Shown here piece after piece: positions 61,606-64,000 of a stretch of DNA of 64,000 nucleotides. The DNA lies in NCBI GenBank assembly GCA_963769935.1, contig CAVYNY010000013.1, positions 64,001-128,000 of the forward strand, read 5' to 3'. The number at the start of each line of letters is the position of its first letter. Position 1 is the first letter of the stretch. The notes below the pieces were generated by a model, which saw only the letters and a program-made list of their open reading frames with translations, was not told where the DNA came from and ran no database searches. The translations under genes were made by a program, and so were the position numbers. Origin of the DNA: an uncultured delta proteobacterium. GTDB taxonomy: Bacteria > Desulfobacterota > Desulfobacteria > Desulfobacterales > JAFDCJ01.

Positions 61606-62115
61606 CTATTTGGCAGTTATCGCAGGGGCGTTGCAACCAACAATTTTACTACGTCGTTCCAGGATCAGCGTGGATCGCCAAAGCCCATCCAACTGCGCAA
61701 TCAGCTCTCGCCGGCCCACTTCCCTGAAACCGAATTTTAAGAGCAATCTATGACTGGCTTTATTCTCAGGAAATATGGAGGAATGAATGGTCCAGATGCC
61801 GTTTCTTTCCGATTCGGGGATTAGATGGGCGATGAGTTGGGTGCCGATTCCCCGGCCGGATTGGTCGGGATCGACATAAATGCTTAATTCAGCAACGCCG
61901 GAATAGCATGATCTTTGCGACACCGGACTCAGGGCTGCCCAGCCGGCCACCGTCCCGTTATCGACGCAGACATAGCGGCAGAATTTATGGTGGGACTGAT
62001 TCCATTTCTCTGCCGTGGGCAGCGCTGTTTCAAAAGTGGCATTTCCGGTCTCGATGCCCTTTTGGTAGACATCCAGCACTGCCTGCAAGTCGGCATTATC
62101 CATATTTCGAATCAT
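61606..62115 (-). CDS. GNAT N-acetyltransferase (phosphinothricin acetyltransferase / YncA-like)
   Basis: GNATFET, GWAALSPVS, GRGIG, IFPENKAS and GFREVGRRE. Confidence 0.9.
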   Translation of the reverse strand: MIRNMDNADLQAVLDVYQKGIETGNATFETALPTAEKWNQSHHKFCRYVCVDNGTVAGWAALSPVSQRSCYSGVAELSIYVDPDQSGRGIGTQLIAHLIPESERNGIWTIHSSIFPENKASHRLLLKFGFREVGRRELIAQLDGLWRSTLILERRSKIVGCNAPAITAK

Positions 62116-62179
62116 AAGAGTATTCTCTAAGTCTTCAGCAACATTTTACAGCAGTTCTCTTTAGACTGGCGTTGCATTC

Positions 62180-62446
62180 TCAACCAAGAATTCTTGCGGA
62201 GGCTGCTTTGGAGGTAACTACCGGAATTACTTCAAATTCAACCAGGCCCTGCCATTTTTCAATCCATTTGGAAAAGAGTGACGGATCATCCGTTTCCCTG
62301 AGTTGAAAGCAGCGATCGAAGTCTGTGGCCACCCAGCTATTCACATATTGAAGTCCTGCGGGCAGCATGCGTCCCTTGGTCTGAGCCCGGCGGTATACTT
62401 TCCCGGCGCTATCATTTTTGAAGTGTTCAACTACCATATACAGCAT
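62180..62446 (-). CDS. DUF3303-like small protein
   Basis: MLYMVVEHF, GRMLPAGL, SWV, CFQL and W..LVEFEVIPV. Confidence 0.8.
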   Translation of the reverse strand: MLYMVVEHFKNDSAGKVYRRAQTKGRMLPAGLQYVNSWVATDFDRCFQLRETDDPSLFSKWIEKWQGLVEFEVIPVVTSKAASARILG

Positions 62447-62574
62447 GTTCGCACCCTACATTTTCTCTCTATAAAACTTATCGGTAATTTTCCACAGGTC
62501 CGGCGTAAAGACTCCCTCCACCTTTTTTCGGATGTGCAGCGGGACTTCGCCAAAGAGAACGGCGCATTTCGAGG

Positions 62575-62907
62575 CTATGGGCTGTCAAAGCAGGCCTTGT
62601 CTTTGTCTTCTCCATCATATCTCCAACCCACGATCTTGCGGGTTGTTGGATCGACCGTAAAGACGTAGCGACAGAGTCCCCGAATGTTTTCGAATACATA
62701 GTGGTATTCGATATTCCCATTTGGCAATAGGGTTTTAAAGACCAATTCGGGTCTAACATGCCATGAATATGAAGGCACGTCATCTATGGATTTTCCGATT
62801 TCAGACTGCAATTGGTCCTGGAATTTTTTGTAGGGATTAAAAGTAAGACAGGAAATGGTCATCAGACACAGGATTGCCGGGACGATCCTGAACCGGTGGG
62901 TCACCAA
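62575..62907 (-). CDS. Hypothetical lipoprotein
   Basis: Hydrophobic N-terminus ending TISC; LPNGNIEYHY...CRYVFTVD beta-rich body. Confidence 0.65.
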   Translation of the reverse strand: MVTHRFRIVPAILCLMTISCLTFNPYKKFQDQLQSEIGKSIDDVPSYSWHVRPELVFKTLLPNGNIEYHYVFENIRGLCRYVFTVDPTTRKIVGWRYDGEDKDKACFDSP

Positions 62908-63071
62908 ATTCGTATTCCTTATTTGAAGCCTGACGTGAAAATCAACGGCACGTGACCGCGCGGCCGATCAGTTTATGGATAGCACTGCCGAATTCGCCCT
63001 GCCTGGTTGCATGCCCCCTGCATTTTTTTGTTGTCACCAGCACTTCAGCCAATCCTGGTTTAGAGCATTCC

Positions 63072-64000
63072 TTAAATATAGCCGCCTAGCTGCGCCTGCA
63101 GCTCCGCCTCGATCCCGTCCAGGTATTCACGAGCAAAATCTATCTGCAACTCGACCCACATCGGCAAATGGTCGGACATCTGGTATGTCCGCCAGCTCGC
63201 GTAGCTGGAGTAGAATTCGTTTGAACCGGGCTTGCGCATAAACGGGTGGTAGATGTCTTCCTCATCGGTTCGGTAGACAGTCTCAAAGTAGTCAAAGACA
63301 CCGGCACGATACGGGATAATATGGGTATAGGTCTTGCGGCGCTTTGATTTCCCCATCCACAGTGCGATCTGGTCGTAGAACTTGTCCTGCTTGACGTTGG
63401 AACCAGGGATATTTTGCAGCGGTTGCGGGGTTACGAAGTCGTTCGACTGCAGCGCCTCCATCGTCTCATGCTCGCGATCAACGATGTTGAAGTCGCCCAG
63501 CACGATGAAATACGAGTCGGCGTCCGAATCGCTGTCGCTCTCGGCGCGTTCGGCGAGAAGTTCCGTGAGGCGTCGGATCTCCTCCTTGCGCTGTTCGACT
63601 CCCGCGGCCCCGGTGCCGTAGTATATATGCACCGTAGCCAGATTGATCTTCAGCCAACCGGCCTGAAATGATGCAATGAATGGTGTTCGTGCGAATTGTT
63701 GCGGACCGCCCACGAGCGAGTTCGGGGGCAGTACGATCTCCCCGGCCTCAGGAAGCGTCGGCGTGGACGTCGCCTCGATGGCAATCCCGTTTTCGGCTGT
63801 GATCGGCACGCGCGCGTTATTTGCGAACCGGAGCAACGAGCCGGGCGGCAGAAGGACCTTCGTCCCATCTGGAAGCAGGATGTCGACGTCCTCCGCGAGC
63901 TTCGTCTGGCCGGAGGCAAGCTTGCCGGTCTTCAGACCGGTCGGGGAGGTGAGGATCTGCCCTGCCGGAAGCTCGAACTGCGCTCCACCTTCGATTTTAA
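63072..64000 (-). CDS. Endonuclease/exonuclease/phosphatase (EEP) family protein, N-terminus beyond the window
   Basis: FARTPF, TVHIYYG, LGDFNI, YDQI and MSDHLPMW; the frame stays open upstream of 63836 to the window edge. Confidence 0.88.
   Translation of the reverse strand, partial: KIEGGAQFELPAGQILTSPTGLKTGKLASGQTKLAEDVDILLPDGTKVLLPPGSLLRFANNARVPITAENGIAIEATSTPTLPEAGEIVLPPNSLVGGPQQFARTPFIASFQAGWLKINLATVHIYYGTGAAGVEQRKEEIRRLTELLAERAESDSDSDADSYFIVLGDFNIVDREHETMEALQSNDFVTPQPLQNIPGSNVKQDKFYDQIALWMGKSKRRKTYTHIIPYRAGVFDYFETVYRTDEEDIYHPFMRKPGSNEFYSSYASWRTYQMSDHLPMWVELQIDFAREYLDGIEAELQAQLGGYI

Overview
The window looks like chromosomal DNA of a Desulfobacterales-like (Desulfobacterota) bacterium; this is inferred from gene content and repeat style. 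It carries about 55 mostly housekeeping or metabolic genes: a hipBST-type toxin-antitoxin locus, a diadenylate cyclase, priA, upp, asparaginase, a non-pyrrolysine MttB, a CheX-CheX-FliN protein, pepP, an Opp-type and two Liv-type ABC systems, putA and a PncA/PncB NAD-salvage cluster. I saw no rRNA, tRNA or CRISPR array. Main discovery: three genes read through an in-frame UGA followed by a SECIS-like hairpin. One is absent from the ORF track: a 99-aa exported, Cys-free mini-MsrA-like selenoprotein (42080-42379, minus) whose UGA aligns without gaps to the catalytic Cys of MsrA. It lies directly upstream of an exported MsrAB, behind four 11-bp-spaced OmpR-type boxes and next to a two-component system, which suggests a selenium-dependent envelope methionine-repair module. 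The other two are a DUF1573-like protein (UGC motif) and the peroxiredoxin PrxU. Second theme: a four-helix-bundle (IVS/Avd-like) gene bracketed by 45-bp inverted arms built of 7-mers, inserted inside the opp operon. Many gene-less elements of the same design start right at stop codons across the window. Five single-base homopolymer indels break four ordinary genes and are probably assembly errors.
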